Shown: positions 18,520-30,172 of the stretch, one piece after another | How positions within the stretch are numbered: the first letter of the stretch is position 1 | Layout of the letters: each line of letters starts with the position of its first letter | Source: Trichormus sp. ATA11-4-KO1 | GTDB taxonomy: Bacteria; Cyanobacteriota; Cyanobacteriia; Cyanobacteriales; Nostocaceae | Reading direction: 5' to 3' | Assembly: GCA_019358915.1 (NCBI GenBank) | Contig: JAHHIM010000065.1 | Location: 128,001 to 192,000, forward strand | DNA length: 64,000 bases | The notes under the pieces: model-generated | Databases searched by the model: none | The model's input: only the letters and a program-made list of their open reading frames with translations | What the model was told of the DNA's origin: nothing | Made by a program: the position numbers and the translations under genes

Positions 18520-19290
18520 ATGAAACAGCTCCTCAACCAAATATTTAGTGTTAAAAAATACTTAATCAGGCTAACTATACTGTGGCTGATGGTAATTTTG
18601 AGTTCTTCTGCGTTTGTGACACCTGCATTAGCAACAGGTGTGTATCAAATACCAAACCTGACAGCAAGCGATCGCTACTGGGTTTTAGATCAAGGTGAAG
18701 TTATCAGTCGCCTGAATGAAGGTAAAATTAGCAGCACTTTGGAGGATTTGGCTAAACAAACTGGTAACGAAGTCAGATTTGTGACGATTCGCCGCCTCGA
18801 CTATGGTGAAACACCAGAAAGTTTTACTCAAGAACTGTTTGAAAAGTGGTTTCCCACACCAGAAGCGCAGTCTCATCAAACCTTATTAGTACTCGACACA
18901 GTTACCAACGGTACTGCCATCATTACTGGAGATCAAGTTAAGTCCCTGTTGACTGACTCGATTGCTGAAAGTGTAGTGGCGGAAACTTTGGGTGTGCCGT
19001 TACGGGACGGTAACAAATATAATCAGGCCTTTTTAGATGCCAGCGATCGCTTAGTTACCATCCTTTCTGGTGAACCAGATCCAGGTCCACCCCAAGTCGT
19101 TGATACTGTACAGGTAGAAGGGACTTTCACCAAAGCAGAAGATACTGATCAAGGTAATGCGACTGCTTGGGTGGTAGGACTTTTGATTGCCGCTACGATT
19201 ATTCCCATGGCGACTTACTATGTTTACCAGATCAATCAACCATCGTCTGATGGTAATCAAAAAGTCACAAATCAGAAGTTAGAAGATTGA
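18520..19290 (+). CDS. psb32: Photosystem II repair protein Psb32 (TPM domain)
   Basis: ALATGVY, VLDQGEVISRLNEG, RRLDYG, PGPP, LLIAATIIPMATY. Confidence 0.9.
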   Translation: MKQLLNQIFSVKKYLIRLTILWLMVILSSSAFVTPALATGVYQIPNLTASDRYWVLDQGEVISRLNEGKISSTLEDLAKQTGNEVRFVTIRRLDYGETPESFTQELFEKWFPTPEAQSHQTLLVLDTVTNGTAIITGDQVKSLLTDSIAESVVAETLGVPLRDGNKYNQAFLDASDRLVTILSGEPDPGPPQVVDTVQVEGTFTKAEDTDQGNATAWVVGLLIAATIIPMATYYVYQINQPSSDGNQKVTNQKLED

Positions 19291-19307
19291 AAAACTAACT
19301 TCTGACT

Positions 19308-19697
19308 TTAATCTTGAACATACTCTTGCCCTGTCACTAAAGCTATCTCAGCCCGGACAAATTCTCGACCTAAATAAGCTGCATGGTTTAACTGAGTTAC
19401 TGGACAGGGCTGAGTTTTTTCAAAAATCTGCACACACAGTTCCTTTGCTGTCCTCCCGCTAAAAACTGTGGTGTGAGTTCTGTCTACTTTTCCTTTGGCG
19501 GGGATTACCTTCCCCGTTTGGGGATCGACAGCTAAACCTTGTTCGTCAATTACATTTGTGTAATGCTTGGCGTAAATTAACCCCGCCGCTTGATCCAAAT
19601 AGATAATAAAATAACCACCTGGGTCAAGGTCAATATGACGCTGAGAAAGTTTGTGATCAATTGCCGCCAAATTTTCAACTATCAAATCCATAAGCAT
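19308..19697 (-). CDS. DUF4346 domain protein
   Basis: LDPGGYFIIY, GRTAKEL, HAAYLGREF...YVQD. Confidence 0.85.
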   Translation of the reverse strand: MLMDLIVENLAAIDHKLSQRHIDLDPGGYFIIYLDQAAGLIYAKHYTNVIDEQGLAVDPQTGKVIPAKGKVDRTHTTVFSGRTAKELCVQIFEKTQPCPVTQLNHAAYLGREFVRAEIALVTGQEYVQD

Positions 19698-19778
19698 CTA
19701 AACAAATAAAGCAAATTTCTTTCTTCAGGGTTTTTACACTCCATATCAAGTGTAATTCCTATCTTCCGTTTCTCTAAT

Positions 19779-20474
19779 TTAAATCGGCAAGCGATTAATA
19801 TCTTTGTTGCAGCCAATAACTACCATTGCTGTACCGCGTTCTAGACGTTTGGTAGGTTCTGGATTAATTTTAAATTTGCCATCCTGACTCACAGCTAGTA
19901 AATTCAAGCCATAACGGTTACGAAGTTGGAGTTCGGAAATAGTTTTGCCGTGAAATTCATCAGGCACAATCAACTCGACAATACTGTTATCTGGGTCGAG
20001 GTCAAATCTGTCTAGGATAGATGGTTTAGTTAGCGATCGCGCTAGAGCACAACCCGCCTCATATTCCGGAAAAACAACATGGTCTGCGCCCACTCGCTTT
20101 AATAGCTTGCGATGAACTTCACTAGAGGCCTTAGCGACTACATGAGGTACTCCACCTTCTTTCACATTTAAAGTAGTGATGATACTTTCTTGAATATAGT
20201 TACCAATGGCTATAATTACGGTATCAAATTCAAAAATTCCTGCTTCTTTAAGGGCACCTGGTTCAGTTGAGTCTAGTTGTAAAGCATGACCAACTATTTC
20301 CTCATTTAACGCTTCTGATACTCGCTTTTCATCAACATCGGTTGCTAATACTTGGTAACCCAGTTTGTGCAGTGTTGAACAAACGGATCTACCAAAACGA
20401 CCTAACCCAATCACCGCGAATTGGTGATTATCTCTACGTAAACTGCGAAAAAAACCTAACGATGCCAGATTCAC
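19779..20474 (-). CDS. ktrA: KtrA/TrkA potassium uptake regulatory subunit
   Basis: FAVIGLGRFG RCK_N domain and RCK_C domain; GTG start at 20474. Confidence 0.92.
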   Translation of the reverse strand: MNLASLGFFRSLRRDNHQFAVIGLGRFGRSVCSTLHKLGYQVLATDVDEKRVSEALNEEIVGHALQLDSTEPGALKEAGIFEFDTVIIAIGNYIQESIITTLNVKEGGVPHVVAKASSEVHRKLLKRVGADHVVFPEYEAGCALARSLTKPSILDRFDLDPDNSIVELIVPDEFHGKTISELQLRNRYGLNLLAVSQDGKFKINPEPTKRLERGTAMVVIGCNKDINRLPI

Positions 20475-20639
20475 AGTCGATATCCTTATTATCACTCCCT
20501 GTATCAGGGCAAAAAATTATTATACTGAGATTAATCAAAAATTTGATTTTTTGCCTGCTCATGAATATTTTATCAGTTTAGGCTACTGGCATTGATTAAT
20601 TCATTAATTATTAGTCATGTCTTCATCTACCCTCATCAG

Positions 20640-21974
20640 CTATCCCACAAGTAAATTTTCTTCAGGATAGTGAACTCTACTAGGGCGGGGATCTCCCAAT
20701 ACGGCAGCCATCAATAGTAACACACCTACACGTCCCACATACATGATGGCAATTAAAATAAGTTTGGTTGCCAATGAAACACTGCCAGTGATACCTGTAG
20801 AAAGTCCTACAGTGGCGAAGGCTGATACCAATTCAAACAAAATTTGAATAAAGTCTAATTTTGGCTCGGCAAGAGCGATTAAAATTGTTGAAAAAATTAC
20901 TACAGCCACCGAGCCAACTAAAACGCCAACAGCTTTCAAAATTAAATTGATCGCTATCTTACGGTCATATAATAAAACTTCTTCTTTACCTTGAAGAATG
21001 GCTTTTGTGCAGCTAGTGAGAACCCTGACAGTTGTCGTTTTTATACCTCCTCCTGTGCCACCCGGACTGGCACCAATGAACATCAATGCAATCGTAATAA
21101 ATAGACCAGCAGTGGTCATTTTGCTGATATCAATGGAATTAAAACCAGCAGTTCTGGTAGTTACTGATTGAAACCAAGCTAATAAAAACTGTTGATATAA
21201 ATTGAGTGAGCCAAAGGTTGCAGGGTTTTTGATCTCTATGGCAAAAAAGGCAATTGTGCCTAAAAACAACAGGATTAATGTTGTACTAGTTGCTACTTTG
21301 AAATCTAGGGAAAATACGAGATTTGTATTTTTTTTGAGCAGGCGATCGCGCAACCAAAGATAAAGTTCTAAAATTACTTGATAACCAATTCCTCCAAAGA
21401 TAATCAACATAGAAATAGTGAAGACAACTAATAAAGATGACTGATATCCTATTAAGCTATCTGAGAACAAACTAAAACCTGCATTATTCCAAGCAGAAAT
21501 ACTATGAAAAATCGCTAGCCACAGTCCTCTACTCCATCCATGCTCAGGAATAAATACAGGCAGAAGTAACAAAATACCTGTAATTTCAAAAATTAAAGTA
21601 GTGGCAATAATTGAGCGAATAACTTGAGTGCTACCACTCATCCCTGGTCGATCTAAAGCTTGTTGAATGGCTACTTTTTGTCGCAGATTAAATTTACGTC
21701 CAACTAGCACAATCAAAAAGGTGGTGCTGGTCATATAGCCCAAACCGCCAATTTGAGCCAACAACAAAATAAACAACTGACCCCAAAACGAAAAATAAGT
21801 ACCAGTATCCACTACAGCTAAACCTGTAACGCAAACTGCGGATGTCGCTGTGAACAGTGCCACAATTGGGTCATTCCATGTACCATCGCTAGTCGAGAAC
21901 GGCATCAGCAGCAGGATAGTTCCCACGGCGATGACAGCTAGAAATCCCAAACAAACTGTGCGAGAAACCGTCAT
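20640..21974 (-). CDS. ktrB: KtrB/TrkH potassium uptake membrane subunit
   Basis: SAVCVTGL, NNAGF, RTAGF, GGTGGGIKTTT, ATVGLS. Confidence 0.93.
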   Translation of the reverse strand: MTVSRTVCLGFLAVIAVGTILLLMPFSTSDGTWNDPIVALFTATSAVCVTGLAVVDTGTYFSFWGQLFILLLAQIGGLGYMTSTTFLIVLVGRKFNLRQKVAIQQALDRPGMSGSTQVIRSIIATTLIFEITGILLLLPVFIPEHGWSRGLWLAIFHSISAWNNAGFSLFSDSLIGYQSSLLVVFTISMLIIFGGIGYQVILELYLWLRDRLLKKNTNLVFSLDFKVATSTTLILLFLGTIAFFAIEIKNPATFGSLNLYQQFLLAWFQSVTTRTAGFNSIDISKMTTAGLFITIALMFIGASPGGTGGGIKTTTVRVLTSCTKAILQGKEEVLLYDRKIAINLILKAVGVLVGSVAVVIFSTILIALAEPKLDFIQILFELVSAFATVGLSTGITGSVSLATKLILIAIMYVGRVGVLLLMAAVLGDPRPSRVHYPEENLLVG

Positions 21975-22122
21975 ATCAAGGTAAAACTGATAAATCGTTC
22001 CTAGGCTGATCAATAAATTGACCTGCCTGGAATCAAAAACACTCTTATTTAATTAAAAACACACATGGTAGCCTACCAGTATGTTTATTTAAATTCGGCT
22101 TTGTTTTAACAATGCTTTCTTC

Positions 22123-22965
22123 ATGAGTGCAACACTTTACCAGCAAATACAGCAATTTTACGATGCTTCCTCCGGGCTGTGGGAACAAATTTGGGGCGAA
22201 CACATGCACCACGGTTATTATGGGGCAGATGGCAGCCAAACAAAAGACCGTCGTCAGGCGCAAATTGATTTAATCGAAGAACTGCTGCATTGGGCAGGGG
22301 TGCAAACAGCAGAGAATATTTTAGATGTGGGTTGTGGCATTGGCGGCAGTTCTCTTTACCTAGCAGCTAAATTTAATGCTAGAGCAACCGGGATTACTTT
22401 GAGTCCAGTACAAGCCGCTAGGGCTAAAGAACGTGCCCAAGAGGCTGGTTTGATTAGTAGAAGTCATTTTCAGGTCGCAGATGCCCAGGCAATGCCCTTT
22501 GCTGACAACTCTTTTGACTTGGTGTGGTCGTTGGAAAGTGGTGAACACATGCCAGATAAAACCAAGTTTATGCAGGAGTGCTACCGAGTGTTGAAACCCG
22601 GTGGCACTTTGATCATGGTGACTTGGTGTCATCGACCAACTGATCATGCACCATTGACAGCAGATGAACAAAAGCACTTGCAAAATATTTATCGGGTATA
22701 TTGTTTACCCTACGTGATTTCGTTACCAGAATATGCAGCGATCGCTCGTCAACTTTCATTAAACAATCTCCGCACTGCTGATTGGTCAACGGCTGTTGCC
22801 CCATTTTGGCATGTGGTAATTGATTCGGCATTCACACCCCAAGCGCTTTGGGGCTTACTCAATGCTGGTTGGACTACCATTCAAGGCGCATTATCGCTGG
22901 GGTTAATGCGTCGGGGTTATCAGCGTGGGTTAATTCGGTTTGGGTTATTGTGCGGGAATAAGTAG
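22123..22965 (+). CDS. vte4: Gamma-tocopherol methyltransferase
   Basis: FYDASSGLWEQIWGEHMHHGYY, LDVGCGIGGS, WSLESGEHMPDK. Confidence 0.9.
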   Translation: MSATLYQQIQQFYDASSGLWEQIWGEHMHHGYYGADGSQTKDRRQAQIDLIEELLHWAGVQTAENILDVGCGIGGSSLYLAAKFNARATGITLSPVQAARAKERAQEAGLISRSHFQVADAQAMPFADNSFDLVWSLESGEHMPDKTKFMQECYRVLKPGGTLIMVTWCHRPTDHAPLTADEQKHLQNIYRVYCLPYVISLPEYAAIARQLSLNNLRTADWSTAVAPFWHVVIDSAFTPQALWGLLNAGWTTIQGALSLGLMRRGYQRGLIRFGLLCGNK

Positions 22966-23364
22966 GCAAGAGCATGAATTCATAGCACTTTGCGAGAATT
23001 CATGGCTATAAAAGCCCACTTGTGTGGGCTAAGAGTTTTTATCACAAAACCCCTTCAGGACGAGAACAGGGAAGAATTAGTCCCAAAGCAAGGTTTTAAG
23101 CGCAATGAAGCCGACAGCAAACCATAAGTGCAACTATTTGTAGCCACTAACAATCTAAAACATCAAGGTTACATCCAAATTTGATAAATAAAATAGGGAC
23201 AAAAATAGTTTAATTATGTCGCCTCTTTTTTAGAAAGAGTCATGCTCAATGATGATATCCACCAGTTCTTCTTTGGATAACTGGTTCAAACTTTCTTGAT
23301 CTAATCTTGAAGCAGGTTTTGAATGATAATTTTAAGCATTGGGAACCCTGAAAAATTTAACTTT

Positions 23365-24051
23365 ATGAACGTAGCTGACGATAAAACGATTGTTCGCGAA
23401 TATTTTAATTCCATAGGTTTCGACCGATGGCAGCGAATTTACGGTGATGGCGAAGTTAACAAAGTCCAGCTAGATATCCGCAATGGACATCAACAAACTG
23501 TAGATACAGTTATCAGCTGGTTGAAAGATGATGACAATTTAGCAGAATTATCAATTTGCGATGCTGGTTGTGGTGTGGGTAGTCTCAGTATTCCCTTAGC
23601 CGCAGCAGCAGCTAAGGTCTATGCCAGCGATATTTCTGACAAAATGGTAGCAGAAGCTCAAGATAGAGCCTTAGAAACTTTGGGAAATTCTGAAAATCCC
23701 ACTTTTGCCGTGCAAGATTTGGAATCCTTAAGTGGTAGCCACCACACCGTGATTTGCTTGGATGTGCTGATTCATTATCCTCAGGAAAAAGCTGACAAGA
23801 TGATTTCTCACTTGTGTTCTTTGGCACAGTCACGGATAATTATCAGTTTTGCGCCCAAGACCTGCGCTCTCAGTATACTTAAGAAAATTGGCAGTTTCTT
23901 TCCTGGACCAAGTAAAGCCACTCGTGCCTATCTGCACCGTGAGGCTGATGTGGTGAAAATCCTAGAAAGCAATGGTTTTTCAGTGCAACGCCAGGCCATG
24001 ACTAAGACTCGCTTTTATTTCTCCCGCATACTGGAAGCTACACGCAAATGA
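23365..24051 (+). CDS. chlM: Magnesium-protoporphyrin IX methyltransferase
   Basis: YFNSIGFDRW, DAGCGVG, CLDVLIHYP, FYFSRILE. Confidence 0.95.
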   Translation: MNVADDKTIVREYFNSIGFDRWQRIYGDGEVNKVQLDIRNGHQQTVDTVISWLKDDDNLAELSICDAGCGVGSLSIPLAAAAAKVYASDISDKMVAEAQDRALETLGNSENPTFAVQDLESLSGSHHTVICLDVLIHYPQEKADKMISHLCSLAQSRIIISFAPKTCALSILKKIGSFFPGPSKATRAYLHREADVVKILESNGFSVQRQAMTKTRFYFSRILEATRK

Positions 24052-24095
24052 GGTTAAAATTGCGGCAAGGTACTTAAATATCCTCTGCCGCAATT

Positions 24096-24515
24096 ATGAA
24101 AATCATGATAAAAGTTTGTGCTGGTTTCATGCTTTCTTTAGGATTTTTGTTTTTGATGGTTAGCCTCAGTACACTATCTGATTTAAACGCAGAAAACAAC
24201 ACTCCAGAACAAAAAAGCGCGCAAAGTGTTTTTTGGGGGGGAATAGCTCTAGGTATGCCATTAACAGCAGGCGGAGGATATATGTTTTGGGGATTGCGTC
24301 GCCGATATCAAAAACAGTTAAGCGATCGCCTGGATGCTATTTTTTATCAGCTGCTCAGAGCTAATAATGGTAAAATTACTGTTTTACAGTTGGCAATGGA
24401 AGCAAAGTTAACGGGAAAACAAGCCAAACAATATCTAGATCAGAAATCCCGAGAATTTAACGCTTCTTTTGAACCTAGTGAGCAAGGTGATATTAGTTAC
24501 CTATTTCATATTTAA
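24096..24515 (+). CDS. Hypothetical 2-TM protein
   Basis: Two hydrophobic segments plus a C-terminal domain shared with the next gene. Confidence 0.75.
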   Translation: MKIMIKVCAGFMLSLGFLFLMVSLSTLSDLNAENNTPEQKSAQSVFWGGIALGMPLTAGGGYMFWGLRRRYQKQLSDRLDAIFYQLLRANNGKITVLQLAMEAKLTGKQAKQYLDQKSREFNASFEPSEQGDISYLFHI

Positions 24516-24586
24516 ATGTTTTTAATGGAAGCTTTTGACAAGTAAGGTTAAAATCGCAAGCAAAGTTAAAAATCTGATGTGAAACT

Positions 24587-25075
24587 ATGAAGACTGCTGA
24601 AAAATTGGCTGCGGGTTGGCTTTTAACACTGGGATTCATGTTTTTGACACTATCAGTCTCGGCAGCACTTGAGAAAAAATCTGCAACCAAGCCTATTGCG
24701 CTAGGAAATAACGAGTATTTAGCAAAAGAATATCTAAATAAAGACGCTCTTTATCTACTTGATACTACTGCTAGGAATGGGATAATTTTTGGCGTTCCGA
24801 CAATGGTGCTGGGTAGTTGGATGAGCTTAGGATTGTATCGTCAAAGCAAGTATGAGAAAAAAGCACTCCAGCAACAACTAAGCGATCGCCTACAATCAAC
24901 TTTTTATCAAATGTTACATGAAAACCAAGGGCGCGTCACGGTTTTAGGCTTTGCCATGAATTCTCAGTTACCAGCAGCCGATGCCAGACAATATTTAGAT
25001 TTGAAAGCTAAAGAATTCAATGCGAATTTTCAGGTGAGCGAAGAAGGGGCTGTATCATATCATTTTGATATCTAA
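24587..25075 (+). CDS. Hypothetical 2-TM protein, paralog of the upstream gene
   Basis: LSDRL..FYQ..TVL..AM..QYLD.K..EFNA..SE.G..SY.F.I shared. Confidence 0.75.
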   Translation: MKTAEKLAAGWLLTLGFMFLTLSVSAALEKKSATKPIALGNNEYLAKEYLNKDALYLLDTTARNGIIFGVPTMVLGSWMSLGLYRQSKYEKKALQQQLSDRLQSTFYQMLHENQGRVTVLGFAMNSQLPAADARQYLDLKAKEFNANFQVSEEGAVSYHFDI

Positions 25076-25093
25076 GACCAATCTTAGTGAGAA

Positions 25094-25474
25094 ATGGCGC
25101 AAATTTTTGTGAGTGTAGCTGCTGTTTTCGGCGGTTTGTCTGTTGCCGCAGGTGCTTTCGCTTCTCATGCCTTGCGGGAAAAAATCAGTGAGCGCTCGCT
25201 AGAAATTTTTGAAACTGGCGCTCGTTACCAAATGTATCATGCTTTAGCACTTTTGTTGGTAGCAATACTTATTAGTCGCAGCGAGTCTCCTCAACCCACA
25301 CTAGTAGTCAGTGGCTGGCTATTTATCATTGGTATGGCTATTTTCTCAGGTAGCTTGTACGCCCTGAGTTTAACGGGTGTGAAATCATTGGGTGCAATTA
25401 CACCACTAGGCGGTGTAGCTTTTCTAGCTGCTTGGGGTGCTTTAGCTTTTGCGGCCGGGAATTTAAAGTTGTAA
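25094..25474 (+). CDS. DUF423 (YgdD/TMEM256) membrane protein
   Basis: GAFASHAL, YQMYHALAL, FSGSLY, GAITPLGG. Confidence 0.92.
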   Translation: MAQIFVSVAAVFGGLSVAAGAFASHALREKISERSLEIFETGARYQMYHALALLLVAILISRSESPQPTLVVSGWLFIIGMAIFSGSLYALSLTGVKSLGAITPLGGVAFLAAWGALAFAAGNLKL

Positions 25475-25559
25475 CTTGGTGGAACGTGGGATTAATTAGG
25501 GTTCAATCCCTGATACAGCAGAGATTACATATGTGGCAAACTAGTTGACACAGCATCAA

Positions 25560-26153
25560 CTATTGCCAGAAATCAGTCACATCGTATCCCAACTCCTCTA
25601 GCATCTGCCGCAGCAGAGGTAAACTAAGTCCGATCACGTTGCTGTGACAACCGACAATTTTTTCCACAAATAGACTACCAAAACCTTCAAGAGCGAAAGC
25701 ACCAGCACACTTGAGGGGTTCACCCGTAGCCACATAAGCTTGAATAGTGCGATCGCTCATTTGTGCAAAGTAAACTCTTGTCACCTGACACTTGACTAGA
25801 GTGCGGTTCTTTTCAAGGTCAATCAAGACATGGCCTGTATACAAGTCACCAAAGTTACCTCGCATTAATTGCCAACGAGCGATCGCTTCAGCCGCGTCTG
25901 CTGGTTTGCCATAAATCTCATGATTCACAGCCAGAACCGAATCACAACCCATAATCAAAGCTGATGCAAACTGTGGTACTACAGTTTCCGCCTTACATTG
26001 GGCCAGAGTTTGCACTAACTGTGCTGGATCACTGAGTTGAATTTGTGATTCATCAAAATCACTAGGTCTCACTATCGGTTCAATTCCCACAGTTTGCAGC
26101 AAGCGGCGGCGTGCTGGAGAAGCTGAAGCAAGTACAAATTGAGGCATGTTCAT
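25560..26153 (-). CDS. maf: Maf nucleoside triphosphate pyrophosphatase
   Basis: [30 protein letters not shown]. Confidence 0.93.
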   Translation of the reverse strand: MNMPQFVLASASPARRRLLQTVGIEPIVRPSDFDESQIQLSDPAQLVQTLAQCKAETVVPQFASALIMGCDSVLAVNHEIYGKPADAAEAIARWQLMRGNFGDLYTGHVLIDLEKNRTLVKCQVTRVYFAQMSDRTIQAYVATGEPLKCAGAFALEGFGSLFVEKIVGCHSNVIGLSLPLLRQMLEELGYDVTDFWQ

Positions 26154-26212
26154 GAAATTTGTTAATTTGGGTACTGGGTATAGGGAAGACTTAATTTTTC
26201 ATACACTTTTCA

Positions 26213-26240
26213 CTCCCATTCCCTATTCCCCACTCCCCCA
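26213..26240. repeat. STRR heptamer tandem repeats
   Basis: CTCCCATTCCCTATTCCCCACTCCCCA-type array. Confidence 0.6.
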
Positions 26241-26786
26241 TTAATACACTGAGAAAGAATTTACAACATCTTCCATCATTCCTTGAACTCTCTGCCAACG
26301 TCTTTCGGGAATTGAGGCGTTGAAAGTAAACAACTTACCACGGCTGACAGCGACGCTGGCGACGTTGTGTCTGTCTTCCCGATTGGGAAGTTTCACCTCA
26401 TACTCTAAGATATAGTATGTTTTTCCCTGAGATTCTCGCTCTAGGGCGTTGACTAATTCGGCTGAACGACCGGAATTAGGGGGAGCAAGAGCGGCTTTTC
26501 CCAATTTATATCCAACTTCTGTAGGTGTCCCCAATTCGGTCAAACTTTTGTTATCCGGAACAGGACTAATCACCACAGAGACATTTTCAGATACTTCAAT
26601 CAAATCGTGGAACACCACATCAGGACCATTGGCAACTTTAACTTGTAGCCAACCGTTAGGATATAAAAACTCATAGCCATCAGTAGTGTCTACAAAGCTT
26701 TTGAATCCAGCCGCCGCCGCTACACCTGGATTACTCAGACTAATGCTCAATACCAATAGCAAAATAAATACAATTTTTTTCCACAT
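26241..26786 (-). CDS. psbP: PsbP (CyanoP) photosystem II protein
   Basis: DGYEFLYPNGW, DVVFHD, ENVSV, LGTPTEVG, GKLFT. Confidence 0.92.
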   Translation of the reverse strand: MWKKIVFILLLVLSISLSNPGVAAAAGFKSFVDTTDGYEFLYPNGWLQVKVANGPDVVFHDLIEVSENVSVVISPVPDNKSLTELGTPTEVGYKLGKAALAPPNSGRSAELVNALERESQGKTYYILEYEVKLPNREDRHNVASVAVSRGKLFTFNASIPERRWQRVQGMMEDVVNSFSVY

Positions 26787-26993
26787 TTTTAAATATTCCT
26801 TTGGGCTGGAAGCAAAACAAAACAAGTGTTATTTCTCGTTTTTATTGTCCCATCAACTGGGTCGCTTCGGATGACACATTCAGACGGGAAATGGGGATAA
26901 ATAGTTGGCCAAAATTAAATTTATTCGTGGAGACAGGGAACAGGTAACAGAAAAACAATGTGTGTAATTAATTTTATTTAGGCATTTCAAAAT

Positions 26994-27031
26994 TACTGAG
27001 TTAAAAGACCACCTGGTCTTTTAACTCAGTA
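26994..27031. terminator. Perfect 18-bp hairpin downstream of the rubrerythrin gene
   Basis: TACTGAGTTAAAAGACCA-CC-TGGTCTTTTAACTCAGTA. Confidence 0.6.
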
Positions 27032-27073
27032 CTCAGCACTCAGGAAGGAAGCACTCAATAAGAATCACCCTAA

Positions 27074-27784
27074 TTAAACGACAATCTCCTCAAGCGGTTT
27101 AAAAGTCTTTTTACTGGCACCGCAGATGGGACATTGCCAATCATCGGGAATATCTGCAAAAGGTGTACCAGGGATAATTCCCGAATCGGGGTCGCCAGCT
27201 ATGGGATCGTAAATCATGCTGCATTGTTGGCAAATCCATTTCTGCGTTTTCGGATCTGCATCGGCAATTCTGGTGACTGCTTCTCCTCCGTTTAAGACTT
27301 GCAAAGCTTCAGCATAGCGGTCAGCATGGTAATGTTCGACAAACTTGAGCAAACCAAAACGGTGCGCTGCCTCCCGAAATATATCGGCATGATCAGTAGA
27401 TTCTTTAGCTTGCTTGAGAAATTCTGCTACGGCGACATCATCGCGATCGCGTTTGGCAGCTGCGGCAAACTCAGGATACATCGTAGTATATTCATAAGTC
27501 TCGCCTGCAATAGCCAAAGTTAAACAACGAGAAATTATTTCCCGCTTTTGTCCTTCAGTTAAAGCATTGACATCTTTGACAACAAGTTCTGGGTGTAGCA
27601 AAACAAAATGTGCAAAGGCATGTTCAGTTTCTTGTTGTGCTGTTTCTTGAAAAAGTTTTGCCAAGTCTTTAAAGCCAAGTTTACGTGCCACCTCAGCAAA
27701 AAACAGATACTTGCGGTTTGCCATCGATTCACCACCGAAAGCTGCTTCTAAGTTTTGTAGGGTGGTAAAATTTGACATATCCAT
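27074..27784 (-). CDS. Rubrerythrin with C-terminal rubredoxin domain
   Basis: [31 protein letters not shown]...CPICG. Confidence 0.93.
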   Translation of the reverse strand: MDMSNFTTLQNLEAAFGGESMANRKYLFFAEVARKLGFKDLAKLFQETAQQETEHAFAHFVLLHPELVVKDVNALTEGQKREIISRCLTLAIAGETYEYTTMYPEFAAAAKRDRDDVAVAEFLKQAKESTDHADIFREAAHRFGLLKFVEHYHADRYAEALQVLNGGEAVTRIADADPKTQKWICQQCSMIYDPIAGDPDSGIIPGTPFADIPDDWQCPICGASKKTFKPLEEIVV

Positions 27785-27983
27785 AATTTTGGGATGCCTG
27801 CAAAGTGATTTTTTCTTGAAGAAACGCAGATTCTAAAATCGGGTAAATGAGCCTAGTTTCGTATAATAAGAAACTGGTTATCCAAAGTCATTCAGCCCAT
27901 ATTTATTTCCCCGTTTTATTAGCTGCCCTGGGAGAATTATAAAACTGATAACTTTGCCAGCAGAAAATTTTAGTCTTATATTC

Positions 27984-28113
27984 CAATACCTTCAGTTAAG
28001 GCTAAAATTCACCATCTATATTAGTATCAGGAACAAAATCCCATATATGCGAGGCTTTATTGGGTAACGCTTGCGCTCAACCCAACCTAAAATAATGATT
28101 AACTAAGCCGTAT
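27984..28113. mobile_element. Degenerate MITE-like element
   Basis: CAATACCTTCAGTTAA ... TTAACTAAGCCGTATG imperfect terminal inverted repeats, internal AACCCAACCTA. Confidence 0.45.
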
Positions 28114-28285
28114 GCTCTTAATATTCCATCCAGTAGACTAAATTCAGTTGCTCCTTCAGGAAGTAAGTCTTGATTTCCCGCCGACTTCCTGTAAGATGGG
28201 GGACAAAATATGAATTTACCGTCGTAACATCAGAACTATTGCTAAAATCCAAATAATTTTACGTAAATATTCATACCTGACTGCT

Positions 28286-30172
28286 ATGAGAGAAACTGTC
28301 CTAGAGGTTCGCAATCTACAAGTTGAGTTTTCCGGTGATGGCAGTATTACCAAAGCTGTGGATGATATATCTTTTCAGATTAATCGAGGTGAGACTCTAG
28401 GAATAGTAGGTGAGTCGGGTAGTGGTAAATCAGTTACAGCACTGGCTGTCATGGGTTTAGTACAAAGTCCCGGTAAAATTAGCGGTGGTGAAATTTGGTT
28501 TCGTCCCCAGGCAAATGCTAAACCTGTAAATTTAGTAGAATTGCCTGCTGAGGAAATGCAGTTACACCGAGGCGGTGACATCGCCATGATTTTTCAAGAA
28601 CCGATGAGTTCGCTCAATCCGGTTTATACTATTGGGTTTCAGCTAGCTGAAGCGATTATGCGACATCAAAAGGTTGCAGCAGCTGAAGCGCGAAGAATTG
28701 CGATCGCCGGACTGCAAGAGGTGAAACTCCTGCCTAGTGATGAAATAATCAAACAGCAGTGTCTGGAAACTTGGCATCAAACTAACTCTAATTCGTCTCC
28801 ACTAGATGAGCTAAGGTTGGCACGGTTAGTGAAGCAGCACAAAGAAGCTATCCTAGAACGCTACCCGCACCAACTTTCTGGAGGTCAGTTGCAACGGGTA
28901 ATGATTGCAATGGCTATTTCCTGTAACCCATTGCTGCTGATTGCTGACGAACCAACTACAGCTTTAGATGTGACAGTACAAGCCACAATTATTGAATTGT
29001 TGGCAGAATTGCAGCAAAGCCGTGATATGGCAATGATTTTCATCACCCACGACTTGGGGCTAATTTCCGAAATTGCCGACCAAGTAGCGGTAATGTACAA
29101 AGGTAAAGTTGTCGAATCCGGTGCAGCAGAACAAATTTTTAGCAATCCCCAACATCCATATACTAAGGGATTAGTAGCTTGCCGCCCCACACTCAACCGC
29201 CGTCCTCACAAACTACTCACCGTTTCTGATTATATGAGTGTGGAAGAGACACCAACTGGAAATGTGGTAATTCAAGCGAAAGAACCTCCACATCCCCCAG
29301 AAGTGACCATAGAGGAAATGTCTCAAAGATGGGCAAATCTCAACGATAAATCACCCCTATTACAAATTCGCGGACTTCAAGTGGGGTTTCCCATCCGGGG
29401 TGTGTTTGGTGGGACAAAACGCTATCACATGGCAGTTAATGATGTTTCCTTTGATGTTAAACCAGGGGAAACATTGGGATTAGTGGGCGAATCTGGTTGT
29501 GGTAAAACTACCCTGGGTAGAAGCTTGCTGCGGTTAATTGAACCGATGAGTGGTCAAATTATCTTTGAAGGTCAAGATATTACTACCCTCAAAGGCGAAG
29601 CGTTGCAGAAACTCCGGCGGGAAATGCAAATCGTTTTCCAAAATCCTTTTAGTTCCCTCGACCCCCGCATGAAGATTGGGGACGCAGTGATGGAGCCGTT
29701 GTTAATTCACTCTGTGGGAAAGACAAAACGCCAACGGCGAGAACGTGTCGCTGAACTTTTAGAACGAGTGGGTTTGAGTGCAGAGGCGATGAACCGCTAT
29801 CCGCATCAGTTTTCTGGTGGTCAACGCCAACGAGTTTGTATTGCTCGTTCTTTGGCTTTAAATCCCAAATTCATCATCTGCGACGAATCGGTTTCGGCGT
29901 TGGATGTGTCTGTACAGGCGCAAGTATTGAATTTGCTCAAAGAATTGCAGTCAGATTTTCAACTGACTTATATTTTCATTTCCCACGATTTAAGTGTGGT
30001 TAAATTTATGAGCGATCGCATTTTAGTGATGAATCGCGGTCAAATTGTCGAACAGGGGACAGCAGAAAGTATTTACCGCGAACCCAAGGAAGAATATACA
30101 CAAAAATTAATTGCTTCGATTCCTACAGGTAGTGCTGAACGGTTACGTAGTCGCCAATTGCGGACTTTATAA
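28286..30172 (+). CDS. Peptide/nickel ABC transporter ATP-binding protein with two fused ATPase domains
   Basis: GESGSGKS and [13 protein letters not shown] and [13 protein letters not shown] and DESVSALD. Confidence 0.95.
   Translation: MRETVLEVRNLQVEFSGDGSITKAVDDISFQINRGETLGIVGESGSGKSVTALAVMGLVQSPGKISGGEIWFRPQANAKPVNLVELPAEEMQLHRGGDIAMIFQEPMSSLNPVYTIGFQLAEAIMRHQKVAAAEARRIAIAGLQEVKLLPSDEIIKQQCLETWHQTNSNSSPLDELRLARLVKQHKEAILERYPHQLSGGQLQRVMIAMAISCNPLLLIADEPTTALDVTVQATIIELLAELQQSRDMAMIFITHDLGLISEIADQVAVMYKGKVVESGAAEQIFSNPQHPYTKGLVACRPTLNRRPHKLLTVSDYMSVEETPTGNVVIQAKEPPHPPEVTIEEMSQRWANLNDKSPLLQIRGLQVGFPIRGVFGGTKRYHMAVNDVSFDVKPGETLGLVGESGCGKTTLGRSLLRLIEPMSGQIIFEGQDITTLKGEALQKLRREMQIVFQNPFSSLDPRMKIGDAVMEPLLIHSVGKTKRQRRERVAELLERVGLSAEAMNRYPHQFSGGQRQRVCIARSLALNPKFIICDESVSALDVSVQAQVLNLLKELQSDFQLTYIFISHDLSVVKFMSDRILVMNRGQIVEQGTAESIYREPKEEYTQKLIASIPTGSAERLRSRQLRTL

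Noticed and set aside
22966..23364. Possible small gene between vte4 and chlM
   Set aside because: The minus-strand frames I translated are interrupted by stops, the ORF track lists nothing here, and I saw no recognisable motif.
28286..30172. ABC ATPase without permease genes
   Set aside because: Scattered ABC components are normal in cyanobacterial genomes.
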